A stretch of 64,000 nt of DNA from Candidatus Poribacteria bacterium. GTDB taxonomy: Bacteria > Poribacteria > WGA-4E > JAJDTR01. Position numbers and translations under genes: made by a program. Below the pieces are notes generated by a model, which saw only the letters and a list, made by a program, of their open reading frames with translations, searched no databases and was not told the origin of the DNA. Of this stretch, positions 10,401-20,535 are shown piece by piece (within the stretch, counting starts at the first letter, position 1; each line of letters begins with the position of its first letter). Location: the NCBI GenBank assembly GCA_965222225.1, contig CBDCTK010000002.1, positions 3,360,001-3,424,000 of the forward strand, written 5' to 3'.

Positions 10401-10514
10401 AGTTACAACAACCAAGCGCTCGCCAGTGGCGTCTACATTTATCATGTTGAAGCACGTGATGAAGGGAATGCTGTGGTCGGGAATAAGATTAGTCGGTTTG
10501 CCATTATTCGGTAG
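7500..10514 (+). CDS. Large secreted protein with FN3-like segments and T9SS type-A-like C-terminal sorting domain
   Basis: Signal peptide; PAPPPSP...FEGYRVYR; YTYAVTSFD; C-terminus IRVVPNPY...IFFTHLP..CTVRIYTLAGELV...LASGVYIYHV...RFAIIR. ORF is open from 7431; ATG 7500 is the likelier start. Confidence 0.8.
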   Translation: MKLTKQGQGANLSQITRLIAALFIISNLPAVAGVDWKALDVGNLSSAVYNTAVVGYPSNPTLNPSGWWPAGTNDSYIYEGDIWIGAKKGGEVGVSFSDGRQSEIWPTDDAPEIISNKPGVTTKGTPTGQSIWFKCTDTNPEANRELILGLEIEANGFQWSYAPLYDFFILEYKVTNVGSDTLEDAFMAFRYDVDVSSSETGTANYSADDFIALDQTPDALNPDAHPNRYLSYGFSNASAPGYIGLRVLDAYVGDNPQNANAKIPFTAHKRITISTDPSTAAEMYALISTSGVDPLPANYDDQRFIQSYGPIESLAPGQTFNIIAAVAIGEGLEGLQASSDWAQKLYDDDYVAPAPPPSPKVAAYPSDGQVTLVWESAGGWVHEGVNKSIEEYIDITDPEKIFEGYRVYRRDTSYDESTGDPVQDWIMLAEFDKPSATGNFLTVAHVGKQSDATIVAMGDEPYFADFFKNAIYVIKFNSSTTYEVINTTLWEVMAYNPQFPADGGGYVVLKDPATGEPYPDGEYRSGALIYFGGLYVQISDGPSGPPVAGDIFRIVSTPSQALGEDAGIKTFYTDDGLTNGIQYTYAVTSFDTGNPKTGLIAMESSQIETMVHATPRANPAGHRHATAELEDTAFQRTGSVTIEPMLLAPKKVTGHQYKIVWYGAKPIDAGAFITGPGYQPPAYEIIDTTTNQIVVQKQPFEWYDPGHGAVEVLSPMFDGIVLRIKGVDVTYESPTENPINNVELSNGSVTGWNVDVQSPGAGENTWPNIFWATYYRPHTYSITFVDDTHVKVVDEDTSEEIQFNSERADGYAILTGSGWLDEYIPDDTPGFFRIFIRGAYVFIRDPNGDISAGDEFTVEMGGIGAPQDGDELLLNTGSETLIADDIRADLDRIRVVPNPYFVTNRAVISEGTDKIFFTHLPPRCTVRIYTLAGELVREIEHEHTSPFNPDERLAQGDKGGTETFNLLSYNNQALASGVYIYHVEARDEGNAVVGNKISRFAIIR

Positions 10515-10595
10515 CCGGTATCTCTCAAACGAAGTCCGAAATCTCGTCGGAAACCACGAGAAACATTCGCGCAATAAAAGAATATTGTCACTCGT

Positions 10596-11677
10596 ATGCA
10601 AATGAACTCTAGACACTTTAAGACGGTCTGCGCACTCCTATTCACGGTCATGCTTTTATGGTCGGGGCACGGCCACGCTGTGACCAACGTGGGAACGAGC
10701 GGCGCCCAATTTCTGAAAATCGGCCCCGGCGCCCGTGTCGACAGTTTGGGAGGCGCGTTTGGAGCAATTGCCGACGACGTCACCGCCATCTACTGGAATC
10801 CGGCAGGCTTAAGCCAACTCGCCGCGACGAGCGTCTCCGGCACACATACTGTTTGGCTCGCCGACACACGGTATAACTTCCTCGCCGTCGCCACACCGGT
10901 CGAAAAAATCGGCACACTCGGAGCAAGTGTGACCTTCCTCTCAGTTCCCGACATGGAAATCACAACGCTGGCAAAACCGGATGGTACGGGGCTCTGGTTC
11001 TCCGCATGGGATGCGGCGGTCTCACTGGCGTACTCTAGACAACTCTACGAGAAAGAGTCCGGCGTCAAACTCTCCTTAGGCCTCAATGCCAAGTACATTC
11101 ACCAGCAAATCCATCGGGAAAACGCTAGCGGAATGGCGATTGATGTCGGCCTCTATATCATACAGGTTGGAACAGTTTGCGGATTGGGATGTGTTTCTCG
11201 AACTTCGGACCAGAGATGCGCTTTGGTGGGCCAGATCTTCAGGCGGGAGCTGAAGAAGCGGGTGATCCGCGAACCGCCGACTATCTGCCGTTTCCCGACA
11301 CCACAAATCCCGCCCGCAAGGCGGAGTTGGAAACGGTAGAATTTCCATTGCCATCCAACTTTCGCCTCGGAATCGCGTACGACCTCATTGATGACGCCAA
11401 CAACCTTCTCACTGTTGCAATCGATGGCAATCATCCCACCGACAATAATGAGCGGCTTCACTTCGGGCTAGAGTATTGGTACAAGAAGATGGCGTCCGTT
11501 CGAGGAGGCTACAAATTTCGTCTGGGGCCCGAATCCGCGAAAGATGAAGAGGGAATCACACTCGGATTCGGAATAAATACCAATGTTTCGACAACGGCAC
11601 TGTCTCTCGATTACGCCTTCGCGGACTTTGGGCATCTGCAACAAGCGCATCGGGTTAGCTTGGGGTTGAGATTCTAA
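10596..11677 (+). pseudogene. PorV/PorQ-family outer membrane protein, 1-nt frameshift near 11151
   Basis: GTSGAQFLKIGPGAR...AIYWNPAGL; restoring one base in GGC(A)CTCTATATCAT gives DVGTLYHTGW joined to the 11177..11677 frame, which ends DYAFADFGHL..AHRVSLGLRF. Confidence 0.85.
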
Positions 11678-11760
11678 AGCGTCGTCGTTCTGTTGCACGG
11701 CTTCCTGTACTCGTTGATGTTAACATTTGATGAATCCCAACTGTTAACCTGTAGGCTGGG

Positions 11761-11796
11761 ATCAAGCGAACGGATAGTGAGAGCGATAGAGATTCC
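11761..11796 (+). repeat. 36-nt GA-hairpin element, single copy inside a GTAG REP-like hairpin (11751-11818)
   Basis: GTAGGCTGGG|ATCAAGCGAACGGATAGTGAGAGCGATAGAGATTCC|ATAGAACGCAGTGAAACCCAAC. Confidence 0.85.
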
Positions 11797-11893
11797 ATAG
11801 AACGCAGTGAAACCCAACTATTTAACTTCCGTTCCTACGCTCCAGTCGTCTAATCTATATACTGAGACTCAATCGCAATAATGAGAGGGTTCC

Positions 11894-12250
11894 ATGATTA
11901 CCGTTGCAAACCGAATCTATGTTGATCCAGCATACGCTGAAGCCTTCGAGGAGCGATTCTACCACCGCGCTCGACTCGTTGACGGAATGCCCGGATTCGT
12001 CTCTAACCAAGTCCTGCGTCCGGTTAATGATGGCGATCCCTACGTCGTATTTACGCTTTGGGATTCACGTAAAGATTTCGAGAACTGGGTGGAATCGGAT
12101 GAGTTCCGCAAAGGACACGCGCAATCCGGAACGCTTCCCAAAGAAGCCTTTACCGGATCGAACAAACTTGAACTTCACGAAGTTTTCTTGGATTCATCCC
12201 GTCCTGACCTCAAGGAGGAACCAAGTGGCGGTCCGTTCAATGTTCACTAA
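11894..12250 (+). CDS. ABM-family monooxygenase, IsdG/HmoA heme-degrading type
   Basis: MITVANRI...FEERF...MPGF...YVVFTLWDS..DF..WVESDEFRKGH. Confidence 0.8.
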   Translation: MITVANRIYVDPAYAEAFEERFYHRARLVDGMPGFVSNQVLRPVNDGDPYVVFTLWDSRKDFENWVESDEFRKGHAQSGTLPKEAFTGSNKLELHEVFLDSSRPDLKEEPSGGPFNVH

Positions 12251-12577
12251 CACAATACGGATGTCACACCGTGTGCTGATAGTGAGACTCATATTCATAA
12301 ATCGGCAGCAACAGAAAAGGCGAACCTATAGAAAAAGAGACAGCGTTGAACCCCCAAAGGTTCGCAGTGGGATCTTTGATCGTCAAGTCCCCGATTTCCG
12401 CTCGTATCTTTCAAGGTATAGGGCAACTTGAATGACCAAAAATGGCTTTGCCACCATTACTCAAACAGGCTCTAAACTGCCGAAATCCTGGTTGATTGGC
12501 AAAAAAGGTTTTGCCCTCTTGCAGGAAACAAAATATAATAGGGACTAACAACAATTGCTGGTTCCTATGAATTATAG

Positions 12578-14635
12578 ATGATGAATCACCATTACGAGGC
12601 ATTAAGGCATTCAACTGCATTAGTCCGAATGAGACAAGAGGAGCAAGCACCAATGCATACTCAAGTTCCTCGTTTCGCTTCCCAACTACGACTTGGACTA
12701 TTCGTTTTCATAATAACCTGCCTTTCTATTGGCACGGGAATCTCGTTCTCGCAGATAGCCGACCCCCAAAACCCTCCATCTACAAATTACCAAGATATTC
12801 GCACATGGGAATTGCCGGATGGCGCCATCCGGCGCCTAGGTAAAGGTGTCCTCGGTGGTTCAGACAGGGCAATTGCCTTTTCGCCCGATGGAAAACACCT
12901 CGCGGTTGCAAGCGGTATTGGCATCTGGATCTACGATGTGGAGACAAGGCGTGAGCTTGCGTTACTCAGCACGGACGAAGTAAGATTAATCAGATCTGTG
13001 GCGTACTCGCCGGACGGGACGATACTCGCCGCAGGAACTGGGAATGGAGTGGTTCAACTATGGGAGGTCAATCGTGGACGACTTCTCGCCCCACTCCGTC
13101 TACCTACATCTTGTTGGCATGGGGTCGATGCCCTTGCGTTTTCACCCGACGGCAGAATCGTCGCGTCGGGGTCACGGGATGAAATCCAATTGTGGGATGT
13201 CGAAAATCAAAGACACCTTAAAACGCTGCAAGGGCATAAGGGCCAAATCTTCTCTGTGGCATTTTCACTCGACGGGAAAACCCTCGCTTCAGGGGCGGAG
13301 GACGCTGCCATCAAACTGTGGGAGGTAGCGACCGGAAAAGACCTCGCTACATTAAGGCACACCAGTAACGTTAAGTCTGTGGCGTTCTCACCTGATGGTG
13401 CAATACTGGCTACCGTAGAATCCAAAAGTGTTAAACTTTGGGAAGTTTCAACAAAGACAAACATCGCAGCACTTGAGCACACGAATGGTGTACACGCGGT
13501 AGCATATTCGCCAGATGGAACTATGCTTGGTATGGCGTCACGCGACGGAATCATATTGTGGGCAGCTTCCACGAAGGAAAAAATCGTTACGCTTGAGCAT
13601 GAGGGCTATATAGGCGCGGTCACGTTTTCCCCTGACAGCAAGATACTCGCGTCAGCGAATACAGATCGCTTTGGCGGCACAGACGGAACAGTGAAGTTAT
13701 GGGAAGTCTCGACTCGTGAACACATCGCCACCGTCAGAGGGCATACGGAGCGAATCACTACAATAGCACTTTCGCCGGATGGGATTACACTTGCGGCGAC
13801 GTTGAGAGACTGGACAGTTCGGTTCTGGGAAGCTGGGACAGAGCAACCCGTCTCTACGGTACGTAAGATAAAGGCCTGGTCTGTGGCATACTCGCCAGAT
13901 GGGAAAACTCTCGCCTTAGGCAGGTCCGATGGGACGGTCCAGCTGTCGGATGTCAAAAGTGGACGACGAGTGGCAATACTACGCGGGCATGGCGGAGGCA
14001 TCGTATCCCTCACGTACTCACCCGACGGTACGATGCTCGCTGTTGGAGCACTAGGCGCGGACGAGCCCTCACACGGAATGGTAAAAGTATGGACAATGCC
14101 GCCTGATCCATGGGAAGTCTTGATGCGACGGGGGCTCCATGAAATTGACGCGGATACTTTGATGGGCGCCTCCGCTATATTTTCGCCCGACGGTAAATTG
14201 TTTGCTGTGAGGTCAAAGGACGGCGTAAGGTTGTTTGATACCGAAACAGGAAAGAGTATCGCCACGCTGCAAGAATCTTATAGTATCTCTGTCGCATTCT
14301 CGCCTGATGGGGCAATGCTTGCTGCCGGGTCAGATGATGGGCTCAAGCTATGGGAGATTTCCACAAAGAATAATACAGCGACACTAAGGAAAGAGACAGA
14401 GTTAGGTGCCTACTCTATCGCGTTTTCGCCGGACGGTAGGATACTAGCGATGGGAATGCACAGAAAGATTGAACTCTGGGATTCTTCAATCAAACGGAAT
14501 ATCACCACGCGACATGGGCATGGCGATGCGGTCTTCGCTGTGGCGTTTTCGCCGGATGGAAAAACACTTGTAACGGGATCGCGTGATGGCACTGCTCTGC
14601 TGTGGAACACGGCTGATTTAACCAAGCGCCAGTAA
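12578..14635 (+). CDS. Secreted WD40 repeat protein
   Basis: About 14 (V/I)AFSPDG..LA...D..(V/I)KLW repeats; hydrophobic N-terminal segment; true start may be downstream (about 12653). Confidence 0.92.
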   Translation: MMNHHYEALRHSTALVRMRQEEQAPMHTQVPRFASQLRLGLFVFIITCLSIGTGISFSQIADPQNPPSTNYQDIRTWELPDGAIRRLGKGVLGGSDRAIAFSPDGKHLAVASGIGIWIYDVETRRELALLSTDEVRLIRSVAYSPDGTILAAGTGNGVVQLWEVNRGRLLAPLRLPTSCWHGVDALAFSPDGRIVASGSRDEIQLWDVENQRHLKTLQGHKGQIFSVAFSLDGKTLASGAEDAAIKLWEVATGKDLATLRHTSNVKSVAFSPDGAILATVESKSVKLWEVSTKTNIAALEHTNGVHAVAYSPDGTMLGMASRDGIILWAASTKEKIVTLEHEGYIGAVTFSPDSKILASANTDRFGGTDGTVKLWEVSTREHIATVRGHTERITTIALSPDGITLAATLRDWTVRFWEAGTEQPVSTVRKIKAWSVAYSPDGKTLALGRSDGTVQLSDVKSGRRVAILRGHGGGIVSLTYSPDGTMLAVGALGADEPSHGMVKVWTMPPDPWEVLMRRGLHEIDADTLMGASAIFSPDGKLFAVRSKDGVRLFDTETGKSIATLQESYSISVAFSPDGAMLAAGSDDGLKLWEISTKNNTATLRKETELGAYSIAFSPDGRILAMGMHRKIELWDSSIKRNITTRHGHGDAVFAVAFSPDGKTLVTGSRDGTALLWNTADLTKRQ

Positions 14636-14697
14636 ATTCGCTAAATTTGTCTCACGGCGCACAACTACACTCGAGTCGTAGGTGGGAATTAGGCACC

Positions 14698-15261
14698 TCA
14701 ATCGAAGTATTCATCCTCCTCAAATCTCGCACACGATTCAAATAAGGGAAACGGCGGCGGCAAATTTTTACTTGGATTATTCAGTCTGAAGGAAATCCTG
14801 TTGTTGTCAAGAGGACTTCTGATTGAGATGGAGAACTCTGAGACTTCAATGCAGTTTTCGCACTTGGTAGGAAACTGTTGTGTGGATCTTGGATTGTCAA
14901 AATAAAACATAAATTCCGTATCATACCCTCCTCTTCCAATGCGACGATTGTTTCCTATCTTTAAGATACGATAATCTTGTGCGGAAATCTCCCACTCGTT
15001 GACCGCGTGGCCGTCCTTTGAATACTGCGCCCAAACGCGAATTCCGTCAAAGAAATCAAGGATAACCGCCTTTCTCGGACTCGCATCTTTGGAAGGCACA
15101 AACTGACGAAACGAGCGATCATCCAACGCATCTTTTATCTGTTCTCCCTCGTCTTCACCTACCGGCTGAAATAGACCGTCAGAACCGCATGAAGATGCGA
15201 GAAGAAGAACGGATATGAGAAAAATCGATGTTAGATGGAATTCCACCCTAGCGAATAACAA
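14698..15261 (-). CDS. Hypothetical lipoprotein
   Basis: GGAGG RBS; hydrophobic stretch ending LASSC-G. Confidence 0.65.
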   Translation of the reverse strand: MLFARVEFHLTSIFLISVLLLASSCGSDGLFQPVGEDEGEQIKDALDDRSFRQFVPSKDASPRKAVILDFFDGIRVWAQYSKDGHAVNEWEISAQDYRILKIGNNRRIGRGGYDTEFMFYFDNPRSTQQFPTKCENCIEVSEFSISIRSPLDNNRISFRLNNPSKNLPPPFPLFESCARFEEDEYFD

Positions 15262-15413
15262 GATTCACCTCCATGTAGGTAGGATTGAACGGGAATAAGC
15301 ATGATTCATCTTTGCGAACCAATAATTCACTGCTTCTCAAGAGGTCTGTCTTGTCAGATATCTAAAGTGAAACCCAACTATCCACTAAACGGCATCTCTA
15401 ATTATTAACACGA

Positions 15414-16163
15414 TCAATCTGCACTCGAGTTCGTCTTTAGGGCATAAACTTCTTCTAAAAATACGTCGTGATCAATCTGGCCGCCGCCCGCCATCCTCTG
15501 GGCAATCGGTGTCCCAATTGTCCGAGCGAGTTGCAATCGGCGCAATCTTGGAAGGCTTTCCCGGCGCGAGAGGTACTCCCGTATCGCACCCAGTTCGGCG
15601 TCCGTCACCTGTTCAGGCTGAATCCGGTCCGCATAGACAAGAGTCTGCTTTCGCACAGTCGGCGTCTTCGCCGGATGGGGGGACGCCTTGGCGTCCTCTT
15701 TAACGACAAGCGTGCCGGCAGCCAAGTCGCCCAGCCGCTGCCAATTTTTGTTTAACAGCATGGTAAGTAATCCGACGCCGTAGGCAAAGGGAAGCATATC
15801 GACAATCCGCACTATATTGCGAATCGCCGAATCGGAAAAGCTGATCGGATACCCTTGTGCTTTGATGACCCGCAAGCCAAGGACACGTTTACCCGGTGAT
15901 TGACCATTCGTCGCGATTTCGAATATCATGTAGTAGCCCCATTGGAGCGCGAAGGTAGCAATCCCTGCAAGCGCCGCTAACCAGTTGCCAAGTCCCTCAT
16001 CTAGGTCAAGTATCGCACGTATGATAACGTAATAACCTACGAGAAGGATTGGGAGCAGCAAGGCGATATCGATAAGTGCCGCATAAAAACGCGAACCGAT
16101 GCCTGCGACACTATAGGAAATTTTTATCTGTTCGGGGGTTTCAATGGATAAACGTTCGCTCAT
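15414..16163 (-). CDS. RDD family protein
   Basis: IETPEQI...AGIGSRFYAALID...GQSPGKR..GLRV...QRLGDLAAGTLVV. Confidence 0.92.
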   Translation of the reverse strand: MSERLSIETPEQIKISYSVAGIGSRFYAALIDIALLLPILLVGYYVIIRAILDLDEGLGNWLAALAGIATFALQWGYYMIFEIATNGQSPGKRVLGLRVIKAQGYPISFSDSAIRNIVRIVDMLPFAYGVGLLTMLLNKNWQRLGDLAAGTLVVKEDAKASPHPAKTPTVRKQTLVYADRIQPEQVTDAELGAIREYLSRRESLPRLRRLQLARTIGTPIAQRMAGGGQIDHDVFLEEVYALKTNSSAD

Positions 16164-16273
16164 GTCTTTTGTAAGATTTTCTTGATTTTCAATGGCGTTA
16201 TAAAGAGCGGTACACTACTCAAGACAGATTCCGTACATTCTCCTAAGATAAACCTACCGACGAGGACGGAAAT

Positions 16274-17254
16274 ATGACGCGAGACGAATTTCTCAACAAA
16301 AATCGGCCCATCTGGTCAGAACTGGAGGAGTCGCTAAAGCGTACCCGTCGCTACCGCGCCAATAAGATGTCTCCGACGCAACTTGATCGGTTGGGCTATC
16401 TGTACCGCCGCGTCACCTCGGGCCTGGCGGTTGCTCGCCGTGATTTTCCGGATGACCACTGCGTCCCATACCTCAATGCGCTCGCCGCCCGCGCCCATGC
16501 CGGTATCTACCAATCCGCCCCTTTGAAACGCAACACGATACGTCACTTTTTCTTCGCCGGGTTCCCTGCACTGTTCCGAAGTAACTGCCGCTTCGTCGCG
16601 GCGGCGTTTCTGATGTTTGTCATCGGGTTTATTGCCGCATATTGGATTGCGTTGGAAAACCACGGGCTTGCCGAAAAACTCGCGCCTCAACACATCGTTG
16701 AGACAATTCACGATAAGGAGATGTGGACAGATGTTCCGGCGCTCCATAGGAATCTTTTTGCTTCCTTTGTCATGACGAACAACATCCGAGTGGCTTTCTC
16801 GGCATTTGCGCTTGGCATCACGTTCATGATTGGCACAATGTATATTTTGGCTTTCAACGGTATACTCATTGGCACAGTCGCCGGACTATGCCACGTTCAT
16901 GGGCTTGCTCTTCCACTATGGTCCTTTGTTTCACCACACGGTTATATCGAGTTGACAACCATTTTTATCGCGGGCGGCGCCGGGCTAAAAATGGGCTACG
17001 CCCTGATTGCGCCGGGTTTGCTGACGCGAAAACAGGCGTTGACGGACGCCGCGAAAGTTGCTATTCAACTCATCGGCGGTTGCGTCGTGCTGCTTGTCAT
17101 CGCTGGCGTTATCGAAGGCTTCGTATCCCCTTCGAGTTTGCCGTCAATCATCAAAATCGGATTCGGATTCGCCACGGGCGTGGTGCTGTTCTGCTACCTC
17201 TTCCTGATGGGGCGGCAGAAAAGAGCGCCGATCCCAACGGGAAAAGCCGATTGA
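16274..17254 (+). CDS. Stage II sporulation protein M (DUF95)-like membrane protein
   Basis: NNIRVAF..FALG...FNG..IG...PHGYIEL...AGVIEGFVSP; divergent from RDD as is usual for this cluster. Confidence 0.9.
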   Translation: MTRDEFLNKNRPIWSELEESLKRTRRYRANKMSPTQLDRLGYLYRRVTSGLAVARRDFPDDHCVPYLNALAARAHAGIYQSAPLKRNTIRHFFFAGFPALFRSNCRFVAAAFLMFVIGFIAAYWIALENHGLAEKLAPQHIVETIHDKEMWTDVPALHRNLFASFVMTNNIRVAFSAFALGITFMIGTMYILAFNGILIGTVAGLCHVHGLALPLWSFVSPHGYIELTTIFIAGGAGLKMGYALIAPGLLTRKQALTDAAKVAIQLIGGCVVLLVIAGVIEGFVSPSSLPSIIKIGFGFATGVVLFCYLFLMGRQKRAPIPTGKAD

Positions 17255-17410
17255 GCCACTGTCAGAGTCAGGACTCCTCGCGGATTTATGGATTACGCGT
17301 TCTGTTTGTGCACCTCTCCGTCCTTGTCCGCGTCATCCGTTTCCATCCGCTATTTAGACAATCTTGTAATGGTCAGGCTGATGTGCGACAATCATAGCCG
17401 TTTCCCGCTC

Positions 17411-17434
17411 GGCTTGGATTGCCAAATCCAAGCC
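17411..17434. repeat. Perfect 10-bp hairpin of a dispersed palindrome family; may also act as terminator between convergent genes
   Basis: GGCTTGGATT-GCCA-AATCCAAGCC; relatives at 31102-31124, 39755-39778 and about 58599. Confidence 0.6.
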
Positions 17435-17578
17435 TTGACTGATCAGGTTGTCAATCCGCGGGATCGGTGCGGTGCGTAAACCATCTCGTTGACTAATACA
17501 CTATTTAGACAATCTTGAGATAAATCTCCCAAGTCTTCGCTACATTTGCAGCATGGGAAACGTCAGGAGTGAATCGTG

Positions 17579-17752
17579 TCAATGCCGGACGCAACCGAAG
17601 GGTTGGGCGGTTTCGGATTTGCTCTTCCTACCGAGTGAATTCCTTTCGTCCTGATTGAACTCGCGGAGACAACTCATCGCCTCCCATCCCAATTCTGCAA
17701 GTAGGGCGATGGCGGGTTGTTCAATGAGTTGCCCTGAGTTGTATGGATTCAT
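17579..17752 (-). pseudogene. hsdR: N-terminal remnant of type I restriction subunit R
   Basis: MNPYNSGQLIEQPAIALLAELGW...LGRKSKSE resembles the HsdR N-terminus; stops after about 57 codons. Confidence 0.55.
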
Positions 17753-18240
17753 TTGAAAATCGTGTCCGTTGCTCGGAATTTGAGGTTGTCTTTTGCCTCG
17801 ATCTCGGCGACTATCTTCCTCACGTCGGTCCGCATCAAAATCCCAAGTTCCCATAGCGTGCGCAAAATATCTGCCAAGTTGACGCAATCTACTCCGTTAT
17901 CCCGACAGTGATGTTTGACCCGTCGTTGGTTGCTAACAAAAATTGCATTCAACCGTTTACAGATTGCGATCGATTCACGCTCTCCTGAACCGAGTGATGG
18001 TGACATAGTCGCCATGAATTGTTGGTCAGCGGCCGTCGGATGATACGTCCTGATTCGCCCCTGCGAGTGCAACGTTATGATGTCTTGTGTAAAGCTGAAT
18101 CCCTTAGCAACTCCTGTGCGTAGCTCGAGTTCCACGGCGGCGGAAATGTTGAGCGAGTCTTCATTAAACACCGTAAACAGTAGGGACACACGCTGAATTT
18201 TAGCGAAGATCGAAAGCACATCCGTATCAATGAAAACCAC
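17749..18240 (-). CDS. PIN-like DUF3368-type putative toxin
   Basis: VFIDTDVLS...AVELEL...LGSGERESIAIC. Confidence 0.75.
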   Translation of the reverse strand: MVFIDTDVLSIFAKIQRVSLLFTVFNEDSLNISAAVELELRTGVAKGFSFTQDIITLHSQGRIRTYHPTAADQQFMATMSPSLGSGERESIAICKRLNAIFVSNQRRVKHHCRDNGVDCVNLADILRTLWELGILMRTDVRKIVAEIEAKDNLKFRATDTIFK

Positions 18241-18242
18241 GA

Positions 18243-18593
18243 TTATGCCTCTTTTTCTCCGCCGTTGGGCTTGTGGAGTTTCTTGAGGAGCGAAACACCT
18301 GCATGCAAGTCATCCACCGATTCGACATCAACCGTTTTAGGGATGCCTTTCGTATTCAAAGCCGCATCAAATTCAAAGCGGTGGACGCCCGCTAATTCAG
18401 CCGCTCTGGCAAGCGTAACTTCACCATGTTGATAGAGCAAGATTGCGGCGTCAAGGCGAGAATCTCTTTTAGTAGTGACCAGTTTTTCAAGAGCATCGGT
18501 CATCAACACCGTCAGGTCGGCATAGAGTCCTGCATGTATTAAGGCGTTAATCTCTTTTTCGAGAGTGGGAGAGTCAATTTCAATCTTAAGCAT
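18243..18593 (-). CDS. UPF0175 family putative antitoxin
   Basis: AAILLYQHGEVTLARAAELAGV..FEF...L...GI; directly upstream of the PIN gene. Confidence 0.8.
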   Translation of the reverse strand: MLKIEIDSPTLEKEINALIHAGLYADLTVLMTDALEKLVTTKRDSRLDAAILLYQHGEVTLARAAELAGVHRFEFDAALNTKGIPKTVDVESVDDLHAGVSLLKKLHKPNGGEKEA

Positions 18594-19273
18594 GGCTATC
18601 TTTCCTTTCCGTTGCGATGCGGAAGTCGGCTACTTGAACTTCTCTCGCCTCGGCGAGTGCCGCATTGAGATTCCGCACCACTGTGTGTCTTCTGATGTAT
18701 TGGCAAAATCACTGGGTAACGTGTGATGATACGTTCTCATCCTGCCCAATCCGTTCCTTCGTGGTGTACCGTTCGAGAAGTGCGGCCACGGTTTACCATC
18801 TCAACCATTGTTCGAATCTTTCTTCCAAGGCTGTCTAGCGTTCCTTGCTAAGAAATGCTTCTTCGCCGGTTGAACCGGCATCAAAGAATGGTTAGCACAA
18901 CTATTGCTATCCCCCCACCGTATCCTGTCCACGTAATGAGAAGAACTACTGTCTGACCCGATGTTAATCTCCTTGCATTCCAGGTTGCAACGTTACCAGC
19001 GACGGTTGACAGTCCGCCGCTGACAGTAGTATGCCGCCGCTGCTTGGTATCGTGCTTGTTAACACCGAAGAACTGTCAACCATCTCGTCGTCATCCGCCG
19101 CTTCCTCATCGTAATCGCAGCCCAGTGGAAGTAACATCAGTAGAAGACTCATCGTCGGAAAATTTATGAGATAGACCGATTTCACCGGCAGGTATCACCT
19201 CTTACGAAGAAAAATTGTTGAGGCCGGGACAACCATTCTACAGGGACGTGGCCTAGTTGACAGACATCAACGG

Positions 19274-20389
19274 TTACTCACGCACTTCACCGGACCAATC
19301 CCGCCAGATATCGCCATTTGTGTTGTCCAGCACGAGTGGGTCGGGGAGTGACTCGGGTGTTTTCTTAAAACCGTAAATTGTCGCTTGACGGATAACGTCG
19401 TTAGACGCGTTCTGTCCCGCGATGTGCAGGATTTTGGTGTGCCACAGTATGACAGTACCACTAGGCCCATGACAATCGAACGGTTGGGTATCCTCCTTGA
19501 TTTGCCTAATGACAGGGTCGGTATAACCGCCCGCCCTGCGTACCGTCAGATGTTTGTCTGTATGCTTCTCACCAGCTTTGAAAGCCTTCCACTGTTCCCG
19601 CCAGATCGGCTCGTGGCTCCCGGGCCACACGGTAAACCCGCCGGAGTTCGGCGGCACATCGGAAATGTAGGCTGACATCTGCAGCCGCCATCGGCCGTAG
19701 CACGCACCGTCGGAATGGGCACCGGGGTAATCGGGGGCATGAGGCGGGCTATTCGGTAGGGTACAATATAATCCACGAGTCCCCTGCCCATTGAGCCACA
19801 CCGGTCCGGTTTTGGGCAACCGCAGCGCAGGCTCTGTCGTGAAGGCGCCCTTTGATGGCCAACCCATCGAGTGCCCCACATGGGAGTTTAGTCCTCCCAC
19901 GGTGTCGTCGCACATAAAGCACGGGCCTGTCGTGTAGCCCGACTCGTCAAGTCCGGCGGGCCACACTACTGACCCCCTCCCGAGAAGTTGCTCGGAGACT
20001 CGCCACAAGGCGCGGGGAGCTAGGTTGAGCATCAATTCCGACGCCCCATTGCGGATTGTGAACCGGTGTCCGCCGCCGCTGAAATACGACTCACCTCCGC
20101 TCTCGGGCCGCTGTGCCTGCAACTTGGCGCTCTCCTCCTCGGTGATGGGCACCCATGTGGAGGGGTCGTCCCTGTTCATACGCGGAAGGTGGGCTTGAAT
20201 CACCTCCCACGTTTCGTCCCGTGCCTGGTGGCAGAGCGCAGCGTCGAGAACCCCTTTAAGAACTAGGAATCCGTCACGCTTGAACTGGGCAATCTGGTCT
20301 GTCGTCAAGGGTTCAATCGACTTAATACTTGGGACTGACACGGTCATTTTCCTTTTACTGTTGACATACTCATTGGGTATTTCTGACAA
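19274..20389 (-). CDS. Phytanoyl-CoA dioxygenase (PhyH) family Fe/2OG enzyme
   Basis: LTTDQIAQFKRDGFLVL, H-S-D, GGFTVWPGSH, GTVILWHTKILH. Confidence 0.85.
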   Translation of the reverse strand: MSEIPNEYVNSKRKMTVSVPSIKSIEPLTTDQIAQFKRDGFLVLKGVLDAALCHQARDETWEVIQAHLPRMNRDDPSTWVPITEEESAKLQAQRPESGGESYFSGGGHRFTIRNGASELMLNLAPRALWRVSEQLLGRGSVVWPAGLDESGYTTGPCFMCDDTVGGLNSHVGHSMGWPSKGAFTTEPALRLPKTGPVWLNGQGTRGLYCTLPNSPPHAPDYPGAHSDGACYGRWRLQMSAYISDVPPNSGGFTVWPGSHEPIWREQWKAFKAGEKHTDKHLTVRRAGGYTDPVIRQIKEDTQPFDCHGPSGTVILWHTKILHIAGQNASNDVIRQATIYGFKKTPESLPDPLVLDNTNGDIWRDWSGEVRE

Positions 20390-20499
20390 TGCCCTTTGAG
20401 TTTACAAATCTCGTAGTTTCCCGAAAAGTCAAGGGACTGAAACTGAAAGTGTAACACACAATACATTTCTACAAATAAGAACCGGCACAATCCTGTAGG

Positions 20500-20535
20500 A
20501 TCAAAGGAGCGAATAGCGACTGCGATAGGGATCCC
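20500..20535 (+). repeat. 36-nt GA-hairpin element directly after GTAGG
   Basis: ATC AA AG GA GC GAATA GC GA CT GC GAT AGGGATCCC. Confidence 0.85.

Noticed and set aside
18964-19185. Small lipoprotein-like ORF
   Set aside because: Lipobox-like LPLGC is present but the ORF is short and looks like a truncated fragment; not enough support for a call.
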